A stretch of DNA of 64,000 nucleotides from Mobula hypostoma (GCF_963921235.1 NC_086097.1:13578001-13642000); one strand, 5' to 3'. Shown: positions 26,111-38,489, counted from the first letter of the stretch. Notes: generated by a model from the letters alone, not told the origin. Made by a program: numbers and translations.

Positions 26111-26734
26111 TCTGGTCTCCATCTGACATAGATATCCAGTTTGTTGTCTCCACCACTTCCCGTATCTGCAGCTTGAAGTGTGTTTGATATCTAATATTTC
26201 AGCATCCTGATTAAAAGTCATCAAACCAAAATGCTGACACTGTTTTTCAGTCTAGATACTGCTGACCTGCTGAATATATTCAACTTTTAAAAAAAATTTG
26301 GCCATTGATTGTGCACATCTAACTATTCTCAGAACTGTTCTACATGAGGTCACAGCTCGTTCTATAAAGTCCCTATTAATTTATCGCAATACATTCCCAA
26401 ATTGTCCTCTTTGTTGTCAATATGCCACATAGTACTCACATTTCATCAGATGAGTTTTTGCCTCATCAAATACCCAAGCTTTAACTCAATGCATCTCTTA
26501 ATTGGCTATAAAGGAACTAAAGGCATCTGGTTTATCCCAGAGAGTCAATATGCTTATTGATTCATATCCATGTGTTAAAGTGCAATTAGCAATTATAAGA
26601 TCCATTGCACAATATTCCCTTTGAGAGAATATTTTGATACATATTTTACAAAGCGACTGACACTGAAGTTCAACTCAGAGGTATACACTCCTCTCCGAAT
26701 GTGAGGTCTATTAATAATGATACCAATAATGCCT

Positions 26735-26870
26735 CAGAAAGATCCCACAAATCAAGTGGAAGATCATTGCACTCTGGCCGGCATGCTCAACAAAGCGGAT
26801 GTTACCACCACAAAGCCAATGACCTTGGTGCATCAATTCCTTTGATCTGGACAGTCAACTACTTGTTGGT
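26735..26870 (+). mobile_element. Highly degenerate RTE LINE C-terminal fragment
   Basis: With one frameshift reads KIPQIKW/DHCTLAGMLNKADVTT, resembling the RTE motif ILxIxWxDxxTNxxVLxxA. Confidence 0.35.
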
Positions 26871-27084
26871 CATTGGTGGTCAAATCTATGCCATAGAATG
26901 CAGCCTGAAAGCGGCCATCACGCGCTTCGAGTGATGAACTGCTTCATCAGCTGGCTCCAACGATGCTCCATCCTCCATCAGGCAAGGACCTGCTTGAGGA
27001 GGACTGTGAGATCCAGAAAGCCTATAAAGTCATGGACCTCCAAAAGCATTCAGCTGACTTGTCCCTTCTACTGTGTGCTGATGG

Positions 27085-27485
27085 TTCTAGAATCAGATTA
27101 CTGATGCATTTCAGAACCTGCAGTAGATATCAGAATCAAGTTTGATATCACCGGCATATGCCATGAAATTTGTTGTCTTTGTGGCAGTGGTACAATGCAA
27201 TATGTAATAATAGAAAACATTTAAATTACATAAATTTAAATATATATTAGCTTATTAAATAGTTAAATTAAATAAGTAGTGTAAAAATTTAAAAAGTAGT
27301 GAGGTAGTGCTTTATGGGTTCTATGTCGATGCAGAATTTGGATGGCACAGAGTAAGAAGCTGTTCCTGAATTGATGAGTGTGTGCTTTCCAGCTTCTGTA
27401 CCTCCTACCTGATGGTAGCAATGAGAACAAGGCATGACCTGGGCGATGGGAGTCCTTAATGGTGGATGCCACCTTTCTGATCATG
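27085..27485 (-). mobile_element. Rex1/Babar 3' fragment
   Basis: STIKDSHRPGHALFSLLPSGRRYRS. Confidence 0.8.
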
Positions 27486-27829
27486 GAAGGAATGCAACTT
27501 TCCTGTAACCTTTGCCGTGGGCAAATCCTGAAAAGCCCCACTGTGCTGAGGTAATGTGTCTGCACAACTAATCTGGTAGCAAAATAATGGCAGGTGTTGG
27601 AAATAGGAAATAAACAGGGAATGCCAGAAACACTCATCCAGTCAGGCAGTGGCCGTGGTGAGAGTAATAGAGTTAATAATTCAGGTTTATAATCATTCAT
27701 CAAAACTGGCCAATACTTCTCCAATTCAGCTTGAAGCATTGACTCTGATATTCTCTGGATGGATTCTGCCTGACCTGCTAAGTATTTCAAGCCTGTTCTA
27801 TTAATGGTGGATTTCAACCAATGCTGAGA

Positions 27830-28250
27830 ATAAGACCATTAGACCATTATATATATAAGTAAAATTAGACTATTTGGCTCATTGAGTCTGCTCTGCCATT
27901 CAATCGTAGTGGATGTTTTAACTCTATTCCCTTTGCCTTCTCCCCATAACCCTTCACTCCATTACCATTCAAGAATCTATTATTCTCTGCTTTAAAATAC
28001 ACCTAGTAAATGACTTGAACTTCACAGCCACCTGTGGCAACAAATTCCACAGAATTACCAACCTCAGGCTGAAGAAATTCCTCTTCATCTCTTTTTTAAA
28101 GCAACATATGTTTCTGCCCTTAGATTCTGAGCTCTTCTAAGAGTGGAAACATCCTCTCCGTGTCCCTCTATCCAAGCTTTTCAATATTCAGAAAGTTTCA
28201 AAAAGACCACACTCCATCCTTCTGAACTCCCTCAAGTACGGGCCGAGAAA
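27830..28250 (-). mobile_element. CR1 3' fragment
   Basis: Homologous to 16730-17160. Confidence 0.75.
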
Positions 28251-28479
28251 TAGCAAACACTTCAATATATGAAATCTTTCAATCCTGAAAGACTGTGATT
28301 GGAAAATGTATTGGAATAGCTCCTGACAGGGTTCATTGAAATAAAGTTTATTCATTGCTCCTAATTCAACCAAAATTACACATGTAATCAGTAGCTGGTT
28401 TATTGTTTTCATATATACCAAGATACACAGTGAGCCATCCATGTCATACTAGGTACATCAAACAGAATAAGATCATAAG

Positions 28480-28690
28480 CACAAGAAATTCTGCAAATGC
28501 TGGAAATCCAGAGCAACACACTCAAAATCCTGAAGGAATTCAGCAGGTCAGGTGGCACCTATTGAAAAGAATAAACAGTTGACATTTTGGGTTGAGACCT
28601 TTCTTCAGGGCCCTTCCTGAAGAAGAGTCTCGTCCTGAAACACCCAACTGCTTGACCTGCTGAGTTCTTCCAGCACTTTGTGTATGTCGC
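28480..28690. mobile_element. Inverted pair of Penelope termini with two back-to-back hammerhead remnants
   Basis: TCTTCAG (28602-28608) and CTGAAGA (28617-28623)...GAAA (28637-28640), with mirror-image arms. Confidence 0.75.
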
Positions 28691-28759
28691 ATAAGGCCAT
28701 AAGGACATAGAATTAGGAGAAAAATTAGGACATTTGGCCCATCAAGTCTTCTCCGCCTT

Positions 28760-29660
28760 TTGATCATGGCTGATTTATAAAATGTTTAGAACTCACAATG
28801 TGGTGCTGCAGTTATAGGGAAAGTGCTCTGCAGATAGACAAGTAAAGTCCAAGGGCTTTGACAAGGTAGATTGAGAGACCAAGAGCCCAGATTGTCTGAT
28901 AACAAGAGGATATAAGCTGTCCTTGAGCCTGGTGGTATATGTTTTCAAGTGGCTATATATTCTGCCTGATGGCAGGGAGAAGCAGAGAGAATGACTGAGG
29001 TGGAAAGGGTCTTTGACGTTCCGAGGGAATGGAGTATGTAGACAGTGTCAATGGAAGGAAAACTAGTTTGTGTGATGGACTTGGCTATGTTCACAGCTCT
29101 TTCTGATTTATTGTGCTTTTGGGCAGAGCAGTTGCGGTACCAAGGGGTGAAGCATCTGAATAAGATACCTTCTATAGTGCATGCGTAAACACTACTGAGA
29201 GTCATTGGGGATAAATGGAGGGAACACCTCTGAGGTGTTGATGTTGAAGGCTTTCTTGCTCATAGCAACCACGTGGCTGGACCAGAACAAATAGGTGGTG
29301 ACATTTACACCTACCAACTTGAAACTTTGGACCACCTCCAACTTAGCACCATTAATAGAGGCAGGATGTCTACCCCCAATCCACATCCTGCATTGAATGA
29401 CCAACTCCTGCGGTGTAATGACGTTGAGCAAGGGGTCAGGTTTGGACATGAAAGAGAAGATTGGTAGCTTGGATTGGCTGCCTGTTTGTAGAGTTGTTCG
29501 CGGAGCCTGGAGGCTAGGTCGCAAACCAGGCGTGGTAACATCATCAGTGCGCAATTGAGTGTTGTTTCTGCCGGGTGCTTTGGATCACGATTGTTGCGAT
29601 CTGGTCCACAGTGGTAAGTGTCAACCGCAAACTTGCAAATGGTGTTAAAGGAGAATTTGG
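28760..29660 (-). mobile_element. Degenerate Rex1/Babar fragment
   Basis: INGAKLEVVQSFKLVGVNVT, CKFAVDT, TIEGILFRCFTPWY. Confidence 0.7.
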
Positions 29661-29699
29661 CCACACAGTTGTTGTAGCTATGACCGGTAAGGGGATTCA

Positions 29700-31267
29700 A
29701 TTTAGGTAGACCCACTGCGCAGAAGGCGAAAACAAAAGGGTACAAAGTTAGCACCACCGATAGACAATATCTTTGCTAAACGCAGTGAAAGGTCACGAGC
29801 TGACCTTTGTGTCTTTTCTAATAGTACTTGTCCGGCGACGCTCGGGCGCGCTCCCATTCTTTAACTGAGTCCCAACAAGTTCGGCAAATCCCTATTTAAA
29901 TTCTCGAGCTGTTGCTAAAATAGATTCACAAGTTAAAATTGCGCCCGCCTCCCCAGGGTGGCTTCAGTTGCGGTCGAAGGCTCTTTTGTTGGTGAATTTG
30001 GACAGGGACGCAACAACCCAACCCCACAAGAATTGAAATCCCGCCCAGTGCATTGGGTCTGTCTTCCTAAACATATCACTGAGCGCGCTGAAAATGATCA
30101 AAAACACGAGAAAATCTGCAGATGTTCTAAACCCAAATCAACACACAGGAAGTACTGGAGGAACTGCAGAGTTCCTTCAGCATTTGCTGCGCGTTTCGCA
30201 GAAGATAATGGTTTATCCCTTAACAGAATCAATCCACAACCTTCCGTGTCTCCTGCATGCCAGTGCCTGTAAACTTTGTCAATCAGTTCCGCGAGTATTT
30301 CTCCTCCATTAGTCGCCTTGAACTTGTAACTCGGATCATTTCCGTGATCTCTCCTTGCAGAGCGGGACGCACTTTGCACAGAGGTGCTCTATTCAAACCC
30401 GTCAGCGGGTTTACGAAAGTCACAGAGGACCCAGCCCTACAGAGCGCCTGGTTCTGAATATAGTTTCTGTGTTAATCACAACGCACCTCATTCACTTCAT
30501 CACCCCGAAACACTCCGAAGCTAAGCCATAAACACGTATTTATTCTACTGGCTGTGCTGAGGGACAATTGATAAAACAGAGAAGATTTTCGTCAGTGTCA
30601 ATAGTAAGAACAGGCAGCAGTCGCTTCGATAGTGTTTCTGTTTTATTTGCGGTCGAACTTTAAATGGCGTTTTATTTTTAAAAAAAACAAGGAAAGTCGC
30701 AGTATAACGTAGTATAAAATCTATTTCTGTACCTAAAACGGACAATTAGTAATGAAACGCAGTTGTGTTCTTGTTTTAGTTATTTAAGGAGAGTGCTGGA
30801 GAGACTTTTCAGCACGCACGGTTGAAACAGGAGCCTCGCTGAAGGACCGTAAATGAATGATTATCTACCATCATTCAGTTGGCTCCCGCAAACTGTCTGG
30901 CGCAACGGTCTCCCCCTGACACTACTCCCATCAATGCCCGCTTTAAAACAAACAAAGGAACTGGGGGGAAAAGAAACAAGGAATAGGTCGCGAGTGTATT
31001 CCCAATAATTTCCAACCATTCATCCCCGTTTGTTAAAAAGCGGCTATTTTGTGATTGATTCTGAGAAATTATAAAGGGAGATGAAAGTGGAGGATGTTTA
31101 ATCAGGGTATCTTATAACCAATAGCCTTGCCAATCAATTACTTCTCCCAAGGGGAAGTCTATATTATGGAAGGATTTTGTTTACACAATTACCTTCTCAA
31201 ATGCACCCTTTACAATACTTCCATACATTGCTTCTCCCTCCCTCTCTCTCTTGCTCTCTCTCTCTCT

Positions 31268-31314
<47 letters not shown>

Positions 31315-32950
31315 CTCTCTCTCTCTTAAAGGCTACATATTAGTCTGAGACTCCTTGAAGTTGTTTTTTTCTTCTTTTGCTTTCCCTCACCCCAATGGGT
31401 GGGCGTGAGTGGCAGCTGGGAAAGAGAAAGCAGGTGTTTTGGAAGTGAAGCGTGCCATCCGGCTCAGGCGACAGGTAAAATAACGTCCCTCGGGGAACGG
31501 CGCTCATCTGCATCAACGCAACTGTCCTCTAAGGAGACACAAAAGCCAGTTGTGACCCGCTCCGGACAGCTGTTTGGCAAAGCACCAGCTCTACCAGCCA
31601 TAATCACTGCTAATTTATTATAACGCTGTTTAACTCCTTCATCTGCTTGCAGCTTAACTCTTAAAGAGAGCGAAGAAGAATTTTTTCTCTTCTTTTTTAG
31701 TTAACAAGTCATCACTGTGCCGGTCAATTGGAACACACACAACAGACAAGTTGATTTTTACATCATATAAGCACCCACAGTATTACAAAGGAGCGTTTGC
31801 GATAAACTCGATCGTATACGTCTCTACAAATTGTTTTTTTTTTATTTGTGCTGCATAGGATCCGAACTGACAATTATTTCGTTCTTCTTTACACTTGTGT
31901 ACTCATTTAAAACTAATTTGAAATAATCTTGCATCTCGAAATTCATAATTCGAACCGAAGACATAAAATACTGCAGACCTTGGAATCTAGAGTACCACAC
32001 TAAATGCTGGAGGAACTCAGTAGGTCAGACAGCATCCGTGGAGGGAAGTGGAAGCCTCAACTGTCAATTTCCCTTCACAAATGCTTTCTGACCCGCTGAG
32101 TTTCTCCCAACACGTTACAAGCTGTCTGCAGTTCGATATATTGTTCTGTCCTGCAGGAGGTGTATTTAGACCGGGTCAGCAGTTTAATTTACCGAATGAA
32201 AAATATAAACTCGGGTCAAACCGATTACGCTTCGGTTCTGTTTATATCCTGATCCAATTTCTGTCTGTTTTCCTAGTTTCCTCCTCACTTTTTTGTTCAA
32301 TTTCCATGGGTTAGATACATAGCCGACTGTCAAAGTTCTGACTGTGTTCACACTTCCTCTTTCCGGCGAGGGATTAGCCCAGAAGTGTCGCTCATGAATG
32401 AGGCCCAGATTTAGTCGGCCAAATGGCTCGGCGGTATAATTCCGAGCTGGAATCTCAGGTTCAATTCTCATTCTGTAGATACAAATGACTGAACTAGACT
32501 GACCTTCAGTGGTGAGGGAGTGCGACATTGCCAGGGGTGTTCTTTCTCGGGCGAGATGGGTCCTCATCTATCCATTCGCTCAGCAGTTTTTGAAGAATAT
32601 TGGCCTCCTCCCGGTATCCCGATCAACAGTATGAACAAGCGACTATAGTGTTAGTTATCTGATTGTTGAATACTACGGTTTCTTAATGCAAAGTAGTTGC
32701 TGTATTTTCTATATTTCATGAGGGACTGCAATTGTAAATACTTCATGGCTGCAGAGTTCTTTTCGACACCTCCTACGTGTGAAAGGTGCTACTTAAATGC
32801 ACTCCGAATCCATTCTAATTGAGGATTATAACTTTCCTTCCCTCTTCATTCCCAGCATAACACCTAAATCTGCCTATCCCGAGAGAGACGAATTCCTGAG
32901 ACATTTATTTAATGGTCATTTATTTGGCCATTTGATGACCAATTTATTTG
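29700..32950. promoter_or_regulatory. CpG-enriched, mostly unique block; candidate promoter/enhancer region
   Basis: CG dinucleotides are visibly more frequent than in the flanks; GC box at ~29941; CCAAT plus GGGCGTG at ~31390-31408; E-box cluster. Confidence 0.5.
31234..31326. repeat. (CT)n microsatellite
   Basis: Direct observation. Confidence 0.97.
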
Positions 32951-34105
32951 GTTTGGCGCCACGTTGTGCGCCGAAGTACCTGTTCCTATGCCGGACTGTC
33001 CAATGCTCTATCTTCTATTTTTTCAATATCTAACCAACATGCTTTACAATTTCAGATCCTTACAAATTAATTTTTTGACCATCAGTGGTAGGAAAGTTAT
33101 TAGGGAAGATTCTTCGGGATAGGAGCGACTCACATTTGGAAAAGCATGAGCTTATTAGGGAGCTTTGTGTGGGAGAGGTCATTCTTATAAACTCGACTGA
33201 GATTTTTTAAGAAGCTGACAAAATGGTTGATGGGGGTAGGGCAATGATATTGTCTGCAAAGACACTAGTAAAGTTTTTGACAAGGTCCATCATGGTAGAT
33301 TGATCCAGAATATCAAGGCACATGGGATCCACAGACACTTGGCAGACTTGATTCAAAAATAGCTGAGCCATAAAAAACGGAGAGAGAGAGGTTGAGGGGT
33401 GACATTTTGACTGGAGGCCTGTGACTAGCGGTGTTCCACAGCGATCAGTGCTGCAAACTGCTGTTTGTGGTACAAATAAATGTTTTGAATGAAAATCCTG
33501 ATAAATTAGTAAGTTTGCGGACAAGATGAAAATTGGTGTTGCAGATTGTCAGGAATGTTGTCAAAGGATACAACAAGCACAGATCCATTGGAGGTGCCAG
33601 TCTTTGGGAGGTTAAACACAGAGGAAAGCATACAGGATTCAGAGGTGCAAAATCATAGCAACATTTAAATGGAAACACAAGTACATAGGGTGGTAAAGAT
33701 GACACACCACACAGCATACCTGACTATATTGCTCAGGCACTGGCTATAAATGTAGCGAAGTAATGTTGCAATTGTATGAAACTTTGCTTAGGTCACCTTT
33801 GGAAAAATTTCTGCAGTTCAGGATGCCACATTATAGGAAGGATGTGAAGGCTTTGGAGAGGGAGCAAAAGAGGCTCACCAGGATGTTGCCTGGATTAGAC
33901 ATGATTAACTATAAGGAGTGGTTACAGAAAGTTGAATTGTTTTGTCTGAAGCCTCAGAGGCTGAGAGTCAACTGGAATCAAAATCAGAAACAGAATCAGG
34001 TTTACTATCACTGATACATGTCTTGAAATTTATAGTTTTGAGGCAGATGTACAATGCAATACCTAAGATATACTATAAATTACTATACATGCATATATAT
34101 ACATA

Positions 34106-34704
34106 CAGTGGCATACAAAAGTTTGGGCACCCCGGTCCAAATTTCTGTTACTGTGAATAGCTAAGCGAGTAAAAGATGACCTGATTTCCAGAAGGCATAA
34201 AGTTAAAGATGACGCATTTCTTTAATATTTTAAGCAAGATTACTTTTTTATTTCCATCTTTTACAGTTTCAAGATAACAAAAAAGGAAAAGGACCCAAAG
34301 CAAAGGATTGGGCACCCTGCATGGTCAGTACTTAGTAACACTCCCCTTTGGCAAGTATCACAGCTTGTAAACGCTTTCTGTAGGCAGCTAAGGTTTGAGG
34401 AGTCAGGGTATTTATAAAGCTTTGAAATTTGCATAACGTGGCCTTTCCTGATGATCATTTTGAACAAGCCATAGCCCTAACAAGCTAATGAAGGTCTGAG
34501 ACCTTAGTAAAAGTTATCTGAGAGCTCAAATCTCTTAGGGTGCCCAAACTTTTGCATGGTGCTCCTTTTCTTCTTTTCACTCTAAAATTGTACAAAACAA
34601 AAGCAATACACTAATCTTGCTTAAAATGTTGAGAAGAATGTTTCATCTTTAACTTTATGACTTTTGGAGATCAGTTCATCTTCTACTCACTTAATTATTC
34701 ACAG

Positions 34705-34708
<4 letters not shown>
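34106..34708. mobile_element. IR/DR-type Tc1 non-autonomous element, right tip missing
   Basis: TA-CAGTGGCATACAAAAGTTTGGGCACCC start; inner direct repeat at ~34301-34317; long inverted arm at ~34538-34708. Confidence 0.8.

Positions 34709-34737
<29 letters not shown>
34708..34737. repeat. (CA)n microsatellite
   Basis: Direct observation. Confidence 0.95.
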
Positions 34738-34740
<3 letters not shown>

Positions 34741-35716
34741 TAGGCAATATATTAAGATATAAAGCAGTGCAGAATGAAGAGAGCAAAAGAAAAGAAAACA
34801 ATCCGATAGATGTGTATAAAATTATGAGAGGTATAGATAGGATGGAGAGTAGAGACATTTCCCCAGAGCAGAAAAGTATGATTGCCACAGGGCATTGTAC
34901 TAAGGTGGGAGGGGGAAAGTTCAAAGGAGATTTGCAAGACTGGATTTTCTTACATGAAGAGTGATGAGTGCCTGGAAAACACTGCCAGAAGTAGTGGTGG
35001 AAGCAAATACAACAGTCAAATTTAACAGGCATTTAGACTGGCAACACGAACAGGCAGTGAATGGAGGGATATAGACCACGTGCAGCTGGATGGGATTTTT
35101 TAAATTGCTGTCAAGTTTGCACAGACGTCGTGGGAAAAAGGGCCTGTTCCTGTACTATGTCCAGCATCCATTATTTAACTGATGTAGGTGATTCTCCACA
35201 TATTCCAGACGACAGATAATTACGCATTTGCTGACTCCTTTCATAAGTATTAATATCATTGAAGTTATTCAGGTGGTTGATTGTCAAAAACATATTCCCA
35301 GGAAGATCCTTTGATTCTCTATTATACGTCACTAGGAACACTAAGTATTTTATCCACTTGACAATCTGTGTTTGCCAAAGCTGTTTGTATGTTAGAGAAT
35401 ATGTGCATTTTATTTAACCTTCCTACTCTACAAACCCTCCATCCATATCAAAGCAAGTTTCTTTTTATAAACTGTTCCCAAAGGTCAGCTCTAAACTCTT
35501 GGCTCTCTGGTATAATTGTGTCTTTTTTGTCTCCTTCCTCTGGGGTTGCTCACCCTTTTACATGCCAATCTATGTTTTTGGACTTCATCCTACCTCACTT
35601 GGCTTGCAGCCTACCCTCCTTTGATACTGGAATGTTTTCAATGGTTTGGCTGGGCTCCTGACCATAAGGTTCCTCTTAGGCTGTTTTCAGTCTCTACCTC
35701 CCCAAACTATTGCAAG

Positions 35717-35757
35717 CTCTCTCTCTCTCTCTCTTTCTATCTCTCTGTCTGTCTTTT

Positions 35758-35806
<49 letters not shown>

Positions 35807-35840
35807 CCCTCCCCCTTTCTCATTTTTCTCTCTCTCTCTG
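35717..35840. repeat. Compound (CT)n(CA)n microsatellite
   Basis: Direct observation. Confidence 0.95.
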
Positions 35841-36578
35841 TCTGCCATCCCTGCTCTTTCTTTTTCATATTACTGCTATTATTATTGTTTGCCCACATCC
35901 GTAAGGAGAACACATTTGCTAGGAAGAGTCAAAGACTTGGTAAGTGATGTGTGCTTTTTAAAGCAACAAATAATAAGCAGGAGGAGCTCAACATCTGTGG
36001 AGAGAATTGGGCAGTTGATTTTCTAGGTTGAGACTCTTCAACTTCTGACTGTAAAATCAACTTACCTTCGAAGAATTGTATTTTTCAGGAGCATATTTCC
36101 ACTACTAGTGGAACTGGCCGGTGTCACGTTCGAGTTAAGTTTTGCCTTGGCTGGTTTCACCCTCCCTAGATCAAAGGTAAGAGCAGTGAGACCAATCTAT
36201 TGCAGAATTCCTGTCTCTGCCTGGCTGAGATTAACATGTTTAGCATAATCTGAGGATTGTAGTCACTCAACATTCCCATCACTGTCCAATTTATCCATGG
36301 GATAGTAGCATAGTGGCTATCACAGTGCTTTACATTACCAGCAACCTGGGTTCAACTCCTGCTGCTGTTTGTAGGGAGTTTGTACGTCTTCCCTGTGACC
36401 GCGTGGGTTTCCTCTGGGTCCACCAGTTTCCTCCCACAGTTCAAAAAGATGTACCGACTGGTAGGTTAATTGATCATTGTATATTATCCTGTGATCAGGC
36501 TGGGGTTAAACTGAGGTTACATACATCAAAGTTGCTGGTGAACGCAGCAGGCCGAGCAGCATCTATAGGAAGAGGTGC

Positions 36579-36614
36579 AGTCGACGTTTCAGGCCGAGAC
36601 CCTTCGTCAGGACT
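36579..36614 (-). ncRNA. Minimal type I hammerhead ribozyme
   Basis: Minus strand reads AGTC-CTGACGA-AGGGTCTCGGCCT-GAAAC-GTC-GACT: stem I AGTC/GACT, core CUGAnGA and GAAA, GUC cleavage triplet. Confidence 0.85.
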
Positions 36615-36910
36615 AACTGAAGGAAGAGTGAGTAAGGGATTTGAAAGTTGGAGGGGGAGGGGGAGATCTAAAATGATAGGAGAAGACAGGAGGGGGAGGG
36701 ATAGAGCCGAGAGCTGGACAGGTGATAGGCAAAAGGGGATACGAGAGGATCATGGGACAGGAGGTCCGGGAAGAAAGACAAGGGGGGGGTGTGACCCAGA
36801 GGATGGGCAAGAGGTATATTCAGAGGGACAGAGGGAGAAAAAGGAGAGTGAGAGAAAGAATGTGTGCATAAAAATGAGTAACAGATGGGGTACGAGGGGG
36901 AGGTGGGGCC

Positions 36911-38426
36911 TTAGCGGAAGATAGAGAAGTCGATGTTCATGCCATCAGGTTGGAGGCTACCCAGACGGAATATAAGGTGTTGTTCCTCCAACCTGAGTGT
37001 GGCTTCATCTTTACAGTAGAGGAGGCCGTGGATAGACATGTCAGAATGGGAATGGGATGTGGAATTAAAATGTGTGGCCACTGGGAGATCCTGCTTTCTC
37101 TGGCGGACAGAGCGTAGATGTTCAGCAAAGCGGTCTCCCAGTCTGTGTCTGGTCTCGCCAATATATAAAAGGCCACATCGGGAGCACCGGACGCAGTATA
37201 TCATCCCAGCTGACTCACAGGTGAAGTGTCGCTTCACCTGGAAGGACTGTCTAGGGCCCTGAATGGTGGTAAGGGAGGAAGTGTAAGGGCATGTGTAGCA
37301 CTTGTTCCGCTTACACGGATAAGTGCCAGGAGGGAGATCAGTGGGGAGGGATGGGGGGGACGAATGGACAAGGGAGTTACGTGGGGAGCGATCCCTGCGG
37401 AATGCAGAGAGAGGCGGGGAGGGAAAGATGTGCTTAGTGGTGGGATCCCGTTGGAGGTGGCGGAAGTTACGGAGAATAATATGTTGGACCCGGAGGCTGG
37501 TGGGGTGGTAGGTGAGGACCAGGGGAACCCTATTCCTAGTGGGGTGGTGGGGGATGGAGTGAGAGCAGATGTACGTGAAATGGGGGAGATGCGTTTAAGA
37601 GCAGAGTTGATAGTGGAGGAAGGGAAGCCCCTTTCTTTAAAAAAGGAAGACATCTCCCTCGTCCTAGAATGAAAAGCCTCATCCTGAGAGCAGATGCGGC
37701 GGAGACGGAGGAATTGCGAGAAGGGGTTGGCGTTTTTGCAAGAGACAGGGTGAGAAGAGGAATAGTCTAGATAGCTGTGAGAATCAGTAGGCTTATAGTA
37801 GACATCAGTGGATAAGCTGTCTCCAGAGACAGAGACAGAAAGATCTAGAAAGGGGAGGGAGGTGTTGGAAATGGACCAGGTAAACTTGAGGGCAGGGTGA
37901 AAGTTGGAGGCAAAGTTAATAAAGTCAACGAGTTCTGCATGCGTGCAGGAAGCAGCGCCAATGCAGTCGTCGATGTAGCGAAGGAAAAGTGGGGGACAGA
38001 TACCAGAATAGGCACGGAACACAGATTGTTCCACAAAGCCAACAAAAAGGCAGGCATAGCTAGGACCCATACGGGTGCCCATAGCTACACCTTTAGTTTG
38101 GAGGAAATGGGAGGAGCCAAAGGAGAAATTATTAAGAGTAAGGACTAATTCCGCTAGACGGAGCAGAGTGGTGGTAGAGGGGAACTGATTAGGTCTGGAA
38201 TCCAAAAAGAAGCGGAGAGCTTTGAGACCTTCCTGATGGGGGATGGAAGTATATAAGGACTGGACATCCATGGTGAAAATAAAGCGGTGGGGGCCAGGGA
38301 ACTTAAAATCATCGAAAAGTTTAAGAGCGTGAGAAGTGTCACGAACATAGGTGGGAAGGTATTGAACAAGGGGTGATAAAACCGTGTCGAGGTATGCAGA
38401 AATGAGTTTGGTGGGGCAGGAGCAAG
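36911..38426 (-). pseudogene. Penelope RT (MDVQSLYT, GVAMGT, RYIDD) plus GIY-YIG endonuclease (IYCVRC..C..LYIGET), one frameshift near 37550
   Basis: ORFs 37234-38271 and 36911-37237; RT-like sequence turns out of frame after SALTPS. Confidence 0.92.
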
Positions 38427-38489
38427 CTGAGGTTTGCTGGCTGGCACTGGGCCAGCAGAGCCTACTTCACACTGTATCTCCAGTTAAAA

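Larger units (their letters stand above)
33075..35160 (+). mobile_element. Old CR1 relic (~33075-33970, resuming ~34800-35160) interrupted by a Rex1 tail, a Tc1 MITE and (CA)n
   Basis: MLQLYETLLRSPLE...RLTRMLPGL, continuing as IDVYKIMRGIDR. Confidence 0.75.
36519..38426 (-). mobile_element. Penelope-like element, 5'-truncated
   Basis: RT and GIY-YIG ORFs; 8-bp TSD CTGAGGTT at 36511-36518 and 38427-38434. Confidence 0.95.
36300..38485 (+). mobile_element. V-SINE-like SINE split by the Penelope insertion (36300-36518 and 38427-38485)
   Basis: tRNA-like head with GGTTCAACTCC B box; V-domain; tail matches the uninterrupted copy at ~53195-53455. Confidence 0.8.

Noticed and set aside
29958..32567. 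Short ORFs in the CpG-rich block as coding exons
   Set aside because: Several run through Penelope relics or microsatellites; none resembles a known protein
35880..35946. Strong donor-like TTG|GTAAGT
   Set aside because: No clear acceptor; the upstream frame runs through a microsatellite
36313..36924. 203-aa plus-strand ORF
   Set aside because: Chance read-through of a SINE into antisense Penelope UTR
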